Counted from the stretch's first letter, positions 42,065-56,079 are shown. The stretch: 64,000 nucleotides of DNA from Acidobacteriota bacterium (GCA_965263035.1 OZ253580.1:672001-736000), one strand, 5' to 3'. Made by a program: numbers and translations. Notes: generated from the letters alone by a model not told the origin.

Positions 42065-42091
42065 GTGATAACATGTTATCACAATATCACA
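42064..42091. promoter_or_regulatory. Candidate operator for the TrpR-like regulator
   Basis: Perfect 20-bp palindrome TGTGATAACATGTTATCACA (42064-42083) plus an extra TATCACA half-site 8 bp further, abutting the start codon. Confidence 0.7.
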
Positions 42092-42461
42092 AAGAAGACT
42101 ACCCCCAATTGAGGCTTGCTCTTGACCGGGTCCCATCGTTCCACACCGATATCTGGCGACTCCCTTTGGTTCCTCAACAGTTTTTCCACAGTTTTTCCAC
42201 AGATCCGTAGGCCTGCTATGGAATACCGATCGTCTCTGCCGTCCCCAATGGAGGTCGCATGGCCCACCGCGTCACTTTGGTTCCAACGAAAATGCCTCTT
42301 TTCCGGTGAACAATACGGGCTGACGTCCACCTGAATCCGGGGTGAATTTCGGCTCTTCCGAGAGGGGCCTCGCGGAGCCTGCCCCAAAGGGTGGGTGTGA
42401 CTTGGAAAAGGCGGCTGGGAGCCGGCAACCGGGTGACGGCCCAAGAGCCGGCGGGCAAGGA

Positions 42462-43505
42462 CTACATCAGGTCCTGCATGACCTGTTCCAAGACCTCCGG
42501 ACCCGGCTTGACCTTCTCGTGGGGCAGCTCCACCAGAGGCTCGTCACACAGGTTCAGCGTATCCAGGAACGACTTGGCCAGCGGATTGACGTAGATGAGA
42601 CCGGTCAACAACTCCGACGCAGCGGCGGAACTGTGGAGCATTCGGACGGCTTCCCGGCGATTCATGGGGTCGTATTCCGTGTCCACCTTGCGCAGCCGGA
42701 TGACGGACCCATCATGCATCTCCACATCCAAGGCTTCGCCTTCCGGATAGTCCACCGCGGCGATGGGCTCGAAGCCAGGGATGAAGTCGATCTCGTGCAG
42801 CAACTCCTCGTGTTCCTTGGCCCACGAGTAACTCTTGGTCGACCCGGGATGGTTATTGAAGGTCACGCAGGGGCTGATCACGTCGAGCATGGCGGTTCCA
42901 CTGTGGCTGAGCGCCCCCTTCAACAGCGCCACCAGCTGCTTGGGGTCTCCGGCAAAGGAACGGGCCACGTAGGAGCATCCCATCTCGATCGCCAGCGAGC
43001 AGCAGTCTATGGCCGGCAACTCGTTGACCACACCGGTCTTGAGCTTCGAGCCGTCGTCGGCGGTCGCCGAAAACTGGCCCTTGGTGAGACCGTAGACGCC
43101 ATTGTTCTCGATGACGTAGATCATGGGCACATTGCGCCGCAGCAGATGGCAGAACTGTCCCAGTCCGATCGATGCCGTGTCCCCGTCTCCGCTCACCCCG
43201 ATGCAGACCAGACCACGATTCGCCAACATGGTCCCGGTGGCTACCGAAGGCATGCGTCCGTGGACGCTGTTGAAGCCATGCGACGCATTCATGAAATAGG
43301 CCGGCGTCTTGCTGGAGCAGCCGATACCGCTCATCTTGGCCACGGAGTATGGGTTGACGCCGATCTCGTAAAACGCCCGGATGATCTGATTGGTGATGGC
43401 GTCGTGGCCACACCCGGAACACAGCGTCGATGGGTGACCTCGATAGGCGGAACGAGACAGCCCGATTCGGTTTCTTTTCTTTGGCGCCCTTGTACGTACA
43501 GCCAT
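42462..43505 (-). CDS. 2-oxoacid:ferredoxin oxidoreductase, beta subunit
   Basis: LCSGCGH, SGIGCSSK, HGR, GDGD TPP motif, NNGVYGLTKGQ, SPCVTFN. Confidence 0.95.
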   Translation of the reverse strand: MAVRTRAPKKRNRIGLSRSAYRGHPSTLCSGCGHDAITNQIIRAFYEIGVNPYSVAKMSGIGCSSKTPAYFMNASHGFNSVHGRMPSVATGTMLANRGLVCIGVSGDGDTASIGLGQFCHLLRRNVPMIYVIENNGVYGLTKGQFSATADDGSKLKTGVVNELPAIDCCSLAIEMGCSYVARSFAGDPKQLVALLKGALSHSGTAMLDVISPCVTFNNHPGSTKSYSWAKEHEELLHEIDFIPGFEPIAAVDYPEGEALDVEMHDGSVIRLRKVDTEYDPMNRREAVRMLHSSAAASELLTGLIYVNPLAKSFLDTLNLCDEPLVELPHEKVKPGPEVLEQVMQDLM

Positions 43506-43514
43506 GGCGTGAAT

Positions 43515-45367
43515 TCAGTGTGGACGCTCCAAGGCCATCACCTGGTCGGTGACGAAGCGGGCATCCAGCGGAAGTCCGGTATAGTGACAGATTTTTCGAA
43601 TCTTGGTCCCCTCGTCGCCGAGCTCCAGCCGGATCAGATCGGCCATCTGGCCGTCGCGATTCTGCTCGACGACGTAAACCCGCCGGCACGCGGCGACGAA
43701 GTCCTTCAGTGCCGGACTCAACGGCAAAGCTCGAAGCCGGAGATAGTTGATCTCGATCCCGTACTCTTCCAGGAGTTGGTCCCGGCATTCACCCATGGCC
43801 GAGTCCGACGATCCGTAGGCGATGATCCCGATCACAGCCGAGTCTCGCAAATCGATCACGGGTTGGGGCACCAAGCCCCTCGCAGTTTCGTATTTTCGCT
43901 TCAGACGATCCATGAGCTGAACGTAGTCCTCGGGCCGCTCACTGTAACCCGCGCTGTCATTGTGTCCGCTGCCCCGGGTGAAATAGGAGGCCAGGGGATG
44001 CTCCGTACCCGGCAGCGTGCGATAGGGAATCCCGTCCCCGTCCAGGTCGCGGTAACGGGCGAACTCCCCAATCCGCTCCAAGTCGGCTGCCGTGAGGACC
44101 TTGCCCCGGTCCGGCAGCTCGGTGGGATATTTGAAAGGATCACACATCCAGTTGTTCATGCCCAGATCCAGATCCGAGCCGACGAAGACCGGCTGCTGCA
44201 GCCGCTCGGCCAAGTCGAAAGCCTGCCGGGACATCTCGAAACACTCCTCCATGTTCCCGGGCAGCAGGACCGGATGAGCCGTATCCCCGTGCGAAAGACT
44301 GTGCAGCGACAGTATATCGCCCTGGGCGGTGCGTGTCGGCAGGCCGGTGCTGGGCCCGACCCTCTGAACGTCGAAAATGACACACGGGATCTCGGCAAAA
44401 TAGGCCAGTCCCGTAAATTCGCCCATCAATGAAATACCGGGACCCGAGGTCGAGGTCATGGATCTGGCGCCGGACCATCCTGCCCCGATGGCCATACCCA
44501 GGGCCGCCAACTCATCCTCGGCCTGGACGACTGCAAATGTGGCCTTCCCCGTCTCGGGGTCGGTTCGATACCGCTGCAGATAATGGGTGAGAGCTTCCCC
44601 GAGACTGCTGGCCGGCGTGATGGGATACCACGTCACCACGGTCACTCCACCGAACATGGCGCCCAGGGCGCAGGCCGCGTTTCCGTCGATGATGATCTTG
44701 CCCTGGGTCTGGTCCATTCTTTCAACCGGTACGGATCGCGCTTCGGCAGGTGACCCTTGACGTACTGAGCCCCCATGTGGGCGATCCGGATGTTCAGATC
44801 GATGGCTTTCTGCTTTTTCTTGAACCACTTGGCAATCGCCACCTCCACCTCTTTCATCTCGATGCCCAGGAACTCGGCCACAGCACCCACGTAGGCCATG
44901 TTCGCCACCAACTTGCGCAGCCTGGGAACCCGAACCACCTCCGCCGCCAACTTGCTGAAAGGAATCGGATAGTAGATCAAGTCATCCCGAAGACCGGAGA
45001 GCTTGAGCCGCTCCTCATAGAGCACCACTCGACCCGGATCCAGGGTTTCCACATCCTCACGGGACGTCTGCGGGTTCATCGCAATCAGGATGTCCACTTC
45101 CCGCTTGCAGCCGACGTAGCCCCGCTTGGACGCGCGAATGGTGAACCAAGTGGGCAGCCCCGCGATGTTGGAGGGGAAGAGGTTCTTGCCGCTGGTCGGG
45201 ATGCCCATCTGGAAGATGGACCGCATCAGCACGTTGTTGGAGCTCTGGCTGCCGGAACCATTCACCGTAGCGACCTGGATGCTCAGATCGTTCACCACGC
45301 TGGTCTGGGCGCCTTCCTGCCGGGAGACGAAGGATCGGGTCTGTGCGATGGCCAATGTTATCTCCAC
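43515..45367 (-). CDS. 2-oxoacid:ferredoxin oxidoreductase, alpha subunit, split by a 1-nt frameshift near 44727
   Basis: ORF 44642-45367 carries the gamma domain (NGSGSQS, PSNIAGLPTW); ORF 43515-44828 carries YPITP, QAEDE, TSGPG, GPSTGLPT. One extra G joins them as KRDPYRVERMDQ. Confidence 0.88.
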
Positions 45368-45780
45368 CGTAGCTGGGGACAGCCTCTCCCCGCCAAACGC
45401 GCATTCATTTTAGCAAACTACCAGGACAAAGCATGGACGCGGATGGTCGGAAACACACGGCACCGAACGGGGAATTCGACTTCCTGGAAATCTTCCGGAC
45501 ACGAGTCTTGACGCACCTGGGGACTATGGAAGCTCATGGACGACGGATCCCGGACGAACACCGGGCGCGAACCGGGTAAATGTCGACGCAAACCTGAGGT
45601 CACGATTGGCTCAGCCTCGATTCCAACACTCAAGCCGAGCGTCCCGAATTTCGCCCCAGGAATCGCCCGGCAGTTTCAGGGCGCATATCATCCTCGAAAC
45701 CCCGACCCTTGTCAACGCGATGAATGCGATTCCATGCTCGGAAATCCTGATTCTGGTTTCGTGTAGACTTGCGGTCTGAG

Positions 45781-46527
45781 ATGCTCCAAGACCATCTCCA
45801 CTTCATACTGGTCCGGACCCAGTTCGCCTCCAATCTGGGAGCAGCCGCCCGCATCCTGAAGAACATGGGTTTCGGCAGCCTGGTCTTGATCCGGCCCCAG
45901 TGCGAGGTCGGGGCCGAGGCCCGCATGCTGGCCATGAAGGGCGCCGAACTGGTGGACAACGCCGTCTACTACCCCTCTCTCCGTGAAGCGAGGCGGCAGA
46001 TTCGGCTTCTGGTCGGGACCACGGCGAGATCACCGAAATCAGGCAACCGCCGTATCAGCAGCCGCACCCTGGCCGGCGAGCTGGTTCCCCGACACCAGTC
46101 CGGGCCTTTGGGCATCGTCTTCGGCCCTGAGGACAACGGCCTGTCGCGAGAGGAGATTCGGCTCTGTGAATGGTTGGTGGAAATCCCCACCGCAAGCGAC
46201 TACCCGGTCCTGAATCTGGCTCAGGCGGTGGCGCTCGTGGCCTACGACCTCCACCTGGCGTCCCGGGAGCCGGACGAGGTGCAATTTCTGCACCTTGCCG
46301 AAACCGCAGAGTTCCAGTCCCTGATCGCTCACCTGGAGGCGGTCCTCACATCTGCCGGTCTCCCCGCACATCTGTCCCGGCAGCGGATCCTGGCCCGCTT
46401 GAACCGAATCTTGGGACGTGCTCAGCTGGAAAAGGAGGACGTCAAGCTCCTGAGGAATCTGCTCGCCCTGGTTTCCCGTTCCCATTTGGAGAATCGACGG
46501 GCCGGAGCACAGGGGCGTCGCGAATGA
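45781..46527 (+). CDS. TrmJ/TrmH-family SPOUT RNA methyltransferase
   Basis: NLGAAARILKNMG, FGPEDNGLS, NLAQAV. Confidence 0.9.
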   Translation: MLQDHLHFILVRTQFASNLGAAARILKNMGFGSLVLIRPQCEVGAEARMLAMKGAELVDNAVYYPSLREARRQIRLLVGTTARSPKSGNRRISSRTLAGELVPRHQSGPLGIVFGPEDNGLSREEIRLCEWLVEIPTASDYPVLNLAQAVALVAYDLHLASREPDEVQFLHLAETAEFQSLIAHLEAVLTSAGLPAHLSRQRILARLNRILGRAQLEKEDVKLLRNLLALVSRSHLENRRAGAQGRRE

Positions 46528-47803
46528 CATCCATGAAGGAAGAGACGGAGAAGACGGCGTTGCCAATGCCCGGTTTCCCGTAACCTGGAGGGACCGGGAG
46601 CCGGTAGCGTTCATGGGTATCCCTCCAGACTCTCAGCAGCCCCAGGTGATACTCCAGGGGGGCCCCTCCGGGATTGGACTTCCCCAGGACGCTCAAGGGT
46701 TCCGGACACCAGGTGGTAAAGCGGGGTGCCACGCCTCGGCTCATGAAGAAGTCGAGGCCCTCACCGGTGGACGCCAGCGCCTCCTCGACGCTGGTGAACC
46801 CGGCCGGCTGCGCCATCTCGATCCCCGCAACGAAATTAGGAATCACGTAGGACGGCCCGAACACCTGGGCCGCGTCCAGGATCCGCCGAATCCACTCATC
46901 CCGTCCGATGTACTCGGCCTTTCCCGGACAGATGATCTCGAAGAGCCTGGCGTCCCAGACCTCGTAGTTGGGATGGTAGATCCGGACGCCGGCGTCCTTG
47001 AAGCGGCGCACCGAATCGAGGGGCAGAGCCTGGACCACGACTTTGCCCAACCAGCGCCCGGGAAACCGCTCTTCGATGGCTTCCGGGTACCGGACGTAAA
47101 AGTCGATCTCTTCCTGACCATCCAACTGGGACGTGATACTCCCCCCGGTCACCGTATAGGCCTTGCTGATCGAATCGGTATCCTGAATGATCTCAAGAGC
47201 CTCCAGTATTTCCTCGACCGTCTTCATACCGGTATAAGAGCGGCCCGATTTCCGCTGCTGCCGATAGTTTTCGTTGATGTCGCAGAACTGGCACTCGATC
47301 TTGCGGCCGAAGTATTGGCAGATCCGGAACACGGTGAGGTAGAGGAGGTAACCCCATTCGATGCTGGGAGCGATGTCGGTAATGGGCTTGCCGCCGGCCA
47401 GCGTGGACTTGTAGTACTCAGGCACCGAGGGGAACTCCACGCCGCACACTTCCACTCCATCCAGGATCAAGACCAGCTTCCCATCAGGAGAGCAATCGAC
47501 ACGGTAGGGAGATCCCGGATTCAGCCGGACCGATACGATGGTTCGCCGGAACTTCCCGGCGCCGCCGGTCAGACAGATCTCCTCGGGCGCATGCAGGTTC
47601 TCCTGCTGCTCCATCTCGGTGATGGGCACCAGATCGAAGGAGAAGATGAAGTAGGCCTTGGGTTTGTACCCGGACGCAATGGCCAACGCGTCTCTGGAAA
47701 ATGCAATCCCGGTGCGCAGGAGGTCCTCTTTGATGACCACCTCGCGGGGCAGGTCCCGAAACTTCTCGGCCAGCGATTCGACCAGATCCAGACGTGGGCT
47801 CAC
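46442..47803 (-). CDS. Radical SAM protein with a CX8CX2C motif
   Basis: CQYFGRKIECQFC, VTGG, NYEVWD...CPGK, FVAGIE. Confidence 0.8.
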   Translation of the reverse strand: MSPRLDLVESLAEKFRDLPREVVIKEDLLRTGIAFSRDALAIASGYKPKAYFIFSFDLVPITEMEQQENLHAPEEICLTGGAGKFRRTIVSVRLNPGSPYRVDCSPDGKLVLILDGVEVCGVEFPSVPEYYKSTLAGGKPITDIAPSIEWGYLLYLTVFRICQYFGRKIECQFCDINENYRQQRKSGRSYTGMKTVEEILEALEIIQDTDSISKAYTVTGGSITSQLDGQEEIDFYVRYPEAIEERFPGRWLGKVVVQALPLDSVRRFKDAGVRIYHPNYEVWDARLFEIICPGKAEYIGRDEWIRRILDAAQVFGPSYVIPNFVAGIEMAQPAGFTSVEEALASTGEGLDFFMSRGVAPRFTTWCPEPLSVLGKSNPGGAPLEYHLGLLRVWRDTHERYRLPVPPGYGKPGIGNAVFSVSSFMDVIRDAPVLRPVDSPNGNGKPGRADSSGA

Positions 47804-47921
47804 GAGGCACTAATGTAACAGAAAGCGAAATGGGGAGTGAGGGGTGGGAGAAGACTCGTTGGGGTCAGTCGAGAGCGTTGGAGATTCGGGAGAGACGCGG
47901 GAGTATTGCGCGGGCCTTTCA

Positions 47922-51176
<3,255 letters not shown>

Positions 51177-51209
51177 GCCTGCTGTGCTCGAGGGCTTGGT
51201 CCTGGGAAC

Positions 51210-52298
51210 TCAACGTGACCGATGAGCTCGCATCAGATCGAGGAAATCGTCGAACAGGTACATGGAATCATGGGGTCCCGGAGAAGCCTCGGGATGGTAT
51301 TGCACGGAAAACACCGGCAGGGACCGGTGCCGCATGCCTTCCAGAGTTTGGTCGTTGAGGTTGAGATGGGTCAACTCGACGCTGCTGTCGTCCAAGGAAT
51401 CGGGCTCCACGGCGAACCCGTGATTATGAGACGTGATCTCGATTTTTCGAGTCACCAGATTTTGGACCGGCTGGTTGGCGCCTCGATGCCCGAACTTCAA
51501 TTTGTAGGTCCGCCCTCCGAAGGCCAGTCCCAACAGCTGGTGACCCAGACAGATTCCGAAGACGGGTCTCTTCCCCAGCAGCTTCTTGACGTTGGCGACA
51601 ATGTAGTCGAGAGGTTCCGGGTCACCGGGACCATTCGACAGAAAGACACCGTCCGGGTTCATCGCCAGAACATCCTCGGCAGCCGTAGTGGCCGGGACGA
51701 CGGTGACGTTGCACCCTCGGGAGGCGAGGCATCGAAGGATGTTGTACTTGATCCCGAAGTCGTAGGCCACCACCCTGAATTTGGAATCCTCCACCGGCCA
51801 GGAATAGGATTCCGAGGTCGTGACGAACTTCACGCAATCCAGTCCGGCCATCGTTGGATGAGCCAGGACTTTCCGTCGTATGGAATCGACAGAGGACGTG
51901 GAAATTCCGCCCCGCATGGCCCCCTGCTCCCGGATGCGGCGAACCAGAGCTCGAGTGTCGATCTCGGAGATACCGCCGATGCCATGCTGTTTCAGATAGG
52001 CGTCCAGCGTCTGCTCCCCCCGCCAGTTGCTGTAGATGGGACTGCATTCACGGAGGACGAAGCCCTCCACGTGGGGCTTGAAGGACTCTCCATCTTCAGA
52101 GTTGGTTCCGTAGTTTCCGATCTGGGGCTGGGTCATGACCACGATCTGACCGGCGTAGGAGGGATCCGTCAGAATCTCCTGGTACCCCGTCATGGAGGTG
52201 TTGAAGACCACCTCGCCCAAAGATTCCGTGTCTGCGCCGAAGGCAACGCCCTCGTACACGGTCCCATCTTCCAGGTATAGAATCGCCCGCTTGCCCAC
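51210..52298 (-). CDS. carA: Carbamoyl-phosphate synthase small subunit
   Basis: [33 protein letters not shown]. Confidence 0.98.
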   Translation of the reverse strand: MGKRAILYLEDGTVYEGVAFGADTESLGEVVFNTSMTGYQEILTDPSYAGQIVVMTQPQIGNYGTNSEDGESFKPHVEGFVLRECSPIYSNWRGEQTLDAYLKQHGIGGISEIDTRALVRRIREQGAMRGGISTSSVDSIRRKVLAHPTMAGLDCVKFVTTSESYSWPVEDSKFRVVAYDFGIKYNILRCLASRGCNVTVVPATTAAEDVLAMNPDGVFLSNGPGDPEPLDYIVANVKKLLGKRPVFGICLGHQLLGLAFGGRTYKLKFGHRGANQPVQNLVTRKIEITSHNHGFAVEPDSLDDSSVELTHLNLNDQTLEGMRHRSLPVFSVQYHPEASPGPHDSMYLFDDFLDLMRAHRSR

Positions 52299-52352
52299 GT
52301 TTGTTGGATCCTCGAATCAGGCAGGTCTGGTTGAGCCGGGTCCGTCTCCCGG

Positions 52353-52973
52353 CTATTCGATCATGCCCGCCTTGGAGACGGGCCAGTATCGGAACACGGC
52401 CTTCCCGAATATGTTCCGGCGCGGCACGCATCCCCAGTTTCGACTGTCGTTGCTGGAGTTTCGTCGATCTCCCAGAACGAAGTACTGGGCCTCCGGAACC
52501 TTGGTCGTGTGATAGTCGTGGTCCAGGTACTCTGGCCGCAAGTAGGGTTCCTCCAGGCGCCGTCCGTCGATGAATACGACGCCTCCCTTGATCTCCACGG
52601 TTTCACCGGGAATCCCAATGACCCGTTTGATGAAAGACTTGGCCGGATTCCTCGGGTACCAGAAGACCACGATATCGCCGCGTTCGATATTCGAGAAATG
52701 ATAGGAGAGCTTGCTGACAAAAATTCGCTCCTGATCAGCCAAGCGAGGGGCCATGCTGGTCCCCTCCACCTTGACCGGCTGCACCACGAATACGACGATG
52801 AGGACGGCGACGATGGCGGCGACAAGGATGTCTCGAGCCCAGCCGCGAAATTCATCGAAAACGCCGGCCAGAGACCGCTGGTTTTCGCTGGTTTTCGCCT
52901 CTGTCCGTTCCTTTCGGACCGCGGCTTCCGGCGGTTGCTCTTCAGGCATCTCCTCCTGGACCGCTCCCTCCAA
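52353..52973 (-). CDS. lepB: Signal peptidase I
   Basis: VEGTSM, FIKRVIG, GDRRNSSNDSR; exact start uncertain. Confidence 0.93.
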   Translation of the reverse strand: MEGAVQEEMPEEQPPEAAVRKERTEAKTSENQRSLAGVFDEFRGWARDILVAAIVAVLIVVFVVQPVKVEGTSMAPRLADQERIFVSKLSYHFSNIERGDIVVFWYPRNPAKSFIKRVIGIPGETVEIKGGVVFIDGRRLEEPYLRPEYLDHDYHTTKVPEAQYFVLGDRRNSSNDSRNWGCVPRRNIFGKAVFRYWPVSKAGMIE

Positions 52974-53161
52974 CGAGGCTCATTGATACCACAGTTCCGA
53001 AAGCGAACTCAACCGGGGCAGCGAGCACCGGACCCGCTGTTTGCGCCGGTGGACGAGGCGGGGAAAATCGAGTATAGCACCTCGTTGACAATTACCCGCA
53101 GTCCGCGGCGGACACCCGTCGGATACCCATCGGCTGCGGTCCGGAAACAGGAGTATTCTGC

Positions 53162-53707
53162 ATGCTGGTGCCCACCAGACTGTTCTTGACGCGTGGTACC
53201 GGATGTCACCGGGAAAAACTGATCAGCTGGGAAATGGCGCTCCACGACGCCGGGATCTCCTCCTTCAATCTGGTTCGCGTCTCCAGCATCTTTCCTCCCA
53301 AATGCAAGTTGATCAGCAGGGAGCAGGGTTTGAAAGGTTTGGTCCCGGGTCAGGTGGTCTTTGCCGTGATCAGCGCCAATGCGACTCCCGAGCCGGGCCG
53401 CCTAGTTGCCGCATCCATCGGATTGGCGACGCCGAGGGACTCGAACAGGCACGGATACTTGAGCGAGCATCACAGCTTCGGGGAAACCGCGGCCACAGCG
53501 GGAAACCACGCCGAATCCGTGGCCGCACAGATGCTGTCGGCCAGCCTGGGACTACCCTCGGAGGAGGAGGCTGCCGGCGAAGACTCGAAGGGGTCGTGGG
53601 AACGCTGCGGCGAGTTCGCCGAAACCACCAGCATCGCCCAGTCCGCCTTCGGTGACCGGAACGGACGCTGGACGACCGTCGTGGCGGCCGCCGTCCTGCT
53701 GCCGTGA
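53162..53707 (+). CDS. Pyruvoyl-dependent arginine decarboxylase
   Basis: ALHDAGISSFNLVRVSSIFPP self-cleavage region, GYLSEHH, WTTVVAAAV. Confidence 0.85.
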   Translation: MLVPTRLFLTRGTGCHREKLISWEMALHDAGISSFNLVRVSSIFPPKCKLISREQGLKGLVPGQVVFAVISANATPEPGRLVAASIGLATPRDSNRHGYLSEHHSFGETAATAGNHAESVAAQMLSASLGLPSEEEAAGEDSKGSWERCGEFAETTSIAQSAFGDRNGRWTTVVAAAVLLP

Positions 53708-53786
53708 TTCTGCTGGGATAACGACAACGGCTCCGGTGCTGCACCGGGCATGGGGTCACACCGGTTCAGGAAAACGTCGGCACTCG

Positions 53787-53890
53787 GAGTCTGCGCGGTA
53801 GAAATGATCGTAGCGAGAAAGTGGGGAATCGAGGAAATATGGACCGATTCTACCGCTTTCGCAGTAGATCAATTTCTGCGGCGCAGGCTC
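53787..53890. mobile_element. MITE-like repeat family B, internally deleted copy (104 bp)
   Basis: Reverse complement of 23873-24031 lacking 55 internal bp; followed by CTAG. Confidence 0.75.
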
Positions 53891-53896
53891 CTAGGT

Positions 53897-54466
53897 TCAG
53901 ACTTCGAGGACCTCGCTCTCCTTCAGCCGCCCCAGATCGTCCGCTTGGGCGACGAAGTCGTCGGTGATCTTCTGGACCCGATCGTACCCGCGGTGCTCGT
54001 CATCCTCGGAAATGGCCTTGCTTCTGGAGAGTTTCTTCAACTGGTCATTGGAGCTCCGGCGGATATTTCTGACCGCGGTCCGGTGCTGCTCGGTCACTTT
54101 CCGGACATGTTTGGCCAGTTGCCGGCGCCGCTCCTCGGTCAGCGGAGGGATAGGCACCCGTATGAGCCTTCCGTCGCTGGAAGGATTCAGACCCAGGTCG
54201 GAGGCCAGAATGGCCCGGGTGATGCTCTCGATCTGAGTCGGGTCCCAGGGTTGGATGGTCACCATGGATGCTTCCGCCACATGCAAGGTGGCGAGCTGGT
54301 TGATGGGCGTCAGGGTACCGTAGTAGTCCACCTTGATCGGATCGAACAAGTGGAGGGAGGCTCGGCCCGTGCGGACCGTCGCCAGCTCGCGACTCAGGTC
54401 GTCCACGGCCTTCCGCATTCGGGTTCGGGTTTCAGTCAACACCTGCTGGACGGAATTCCCGTTCAT
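53897..54466 (-). CDS. frr: Ribosome recycling factor
   Basis: VRTGRAS, VDYYG, PPLTEERR, VRNIRR. Confidence 0.97.
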   Translation of the reverse strand: MNGNSVQQVLTETRTRMRKAVDDLSRELATVRTGRASLHLFDPIKVDYYGTLTPINQLATLHVAEASMVTIQPWDPTQIESITRAILASDLGLNPSSDGRLIRVPIPPLTEERRRQLAKHVRKVTEQHRTAVRNIRRSSNDQLKKLSRSKAISEDDEHRGYDRVQKITDDFVAQADDLGRLKESEVLEV

Positions 54467-54520
54467 GCTGTCCCCCCCTTGAGCCGCCGGGCGTCCCCGG
54501 CAAACCCGGCACGGATCGCT

Positions 54521-55279
54521 TCAGAGGCTGATGATGGAGCCCACCTTCTTGCCCAGGACCACATTCGTGATGTTCCCCTTCTCTCGGAGACTGAACACGA
54601 TGATGGGCAGATCGTGATCCATGCACAAGGATATGGCCGTTGCGTCCATGACCTTGAGACCCTTTTCCAGAACCTGAAGATAGGTCAACCGGTCGTAGCG
54701 TTTGGCATTCGGATTGACTTGCGGGTCCGAATCGTAAACTCCGTCGACTTTGGTCCCCTTCAAGATCACATCGGCCCGGATTTCCATCGCCCTCAGGGCC
54801 GCTGCCGTGTCGGTGGAGAAATAGGGACTGCCGGTGCCGGCAGCGAAGATGACGACGCGCTTCTTTTCCAGATGCCGGATGGCTCGCCGCCGAATGAAGG
54901 GCTCCGCAAGTTCCGAGACATGGATGGCACTCAGAACTCGAGTGTCGGTGTCATTCTTCTCCAGGGCGTTCTGCAAGGCCAGAGAGTTGATGATGGTGGC
55001 CAACATGCCCATGTAGTCGCCCGTGGCCCGGTCGAATCCGGCCTCGCTGACGTTCACCCCACGGATGATGTTGCCACCGCCGACAACGACGGCAGTCTCA
55101 ACACCCAATGCGTGAACCTCTTTGATCTGGAGGGCGATACCCTCCATCATGGCGGGATCGACGCCGAAGTTGCCGGTGCCCATGAGCATCTCGCCGCTGA
55201 GCTTGACGAGAAGCCGACGGTAAGCGGGGCGCTCCAGCTTGACCGGGTTTCCTAACGGCGCTTGGCTCTCCTGGGGCAA
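54521..55279 (-). CDS. pyrH: UMP kinase
   Basis: [28 protein letters not shown]; TTG start after AGGAGG. Confidence 0.97.
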   Translation of the reverse strand: MPQESQAPLGNPVKLERPAYRRLLVKLSGEMLMGTGNFGVDPAMMEGIALQIKEVHALGVETAVVVGGGNIIRGVNVSEAGFDRATGDYMGMLATIINSLALQNALEKNDTDTRVLSAIHVSELAEPFIRRRAIRHLEKKRVVIFAAGTGSPYFSTDTAAALRAMEIRADVILKGTKVDGVYDSDPQVNPNAKRYDRLTYLQVLEKGLKVMDATAISLCMDHDLPIIVFSLREKGNITNVVLGKKVGSIISL

Positions 55280-55319
55280 AACCGCCTCCTTCGAATGCAA
55301 GGAACTCCCTGTGGTATAG

Positions 55320-55479
55320 CAGCCCGCGGTAAACGTCGTCACGGCATTCGACCGTCCCTGCATCGTGCGCGGACTGCGTTGCTATCGGCTCACATACTCC
55401 CGGTCTGCTCCCTCCGTTGCGCCTGGTCCGGCGGGCGCAGGACCGGTCTCGGTGCTCGCGGGACTTTCAGCACGGACTG
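55320..55479. mobile_element. MITE-like repeat family A, copy 3 (160 bp)
   Basis: Lies between tsf and pyrH, abutting the tsf TAG; flanks ATAG / CTAG. Confidence 0.8.
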
Positions 55480-56079
55480 CTAGAGTTCCTCTCCCACCTT
55501 GAAACGGCAAAAGCGACGGGCCGTAATGTTTTCCTTCAAGGTGGCAATCTTGGACTTGATGAGTTGCTCCACCGTGATCGAGGGATCCTTGACGAAGGGC
55601 TGCTCGTAGAGGCACACGGCGGAGAAGTACTTCTCCAAGCGGCCCTCGACGATTCTGTCGACTATCCGTTCAGGTTTTCCGGTTGCCAGCGCCTGGTTGC
55701 GGTAGATCTCTTTTTCGCGATCGATCTCTTCGGAACCCACCTCGTCCCGCCGCACGAAAAGGGGGTTGGAAGCGGCCACCTGCATGGCCAGATCCCGGAC
55801 GAGTTCCTGGAACTCATCGGTGCGTGCGACGAAATCCGTTTCGCAGTTCACTTCCACCAGAACACCCAGCTTGCCACCGGCATGGATGTACTGACCCACC
55901 GTCCCCTCACTGGTGGCGCGGCCGGACCTCTTGGCGGCAGCCGCCAGACCCCGTTCGCGCAGGATGACGATACCCCGATCCAGGTCCCCTCCGGCCTCGA
56001 CCAGCGCTCTCTTGCACTCCATCATTCCGGCGCCGGTCCGGTCCCGGAGCGCCTTGACCTGTGCTGCGGTTACACTCAT
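55480..56079 (-). CDS. tsf: Elongation factor Ts (short form)
   Basis: LRDRTGAGMMECK, EVNCETDFVA; 199 aa. Confidence 0.97.
   Translation of the reverse strand: MSVTAAQVKALRDRTGAGMMECKRALVEAGGDLDRGIVILRERGLAAAAKRSGRATSEGTVGQYIHAGGKLGVLVEVNCETDFVARTDEFQELVRDLAMQVAASNPLFVRRDEVGSEEIDREKEIYRNQALATGKPERIVDRIVEGRLEKYFSAVCLYEQPFVKDPSITVEQLIKSKIATLKENITARRFCRFKVGEEL

Noticed and set aside
42342-44432. 696-aa plus-strand ORF
   Set aside because: Antisense to the oxidoreductase alpha and beta genes, which carry clear conserved motifs.
45370-45780. ~400-bp intergenic region as a possible ncRNA or small ORF
   Set aside because: I recognised no RNA family motif, repeat or convincing ORF; it is probably a divergent promoter region.
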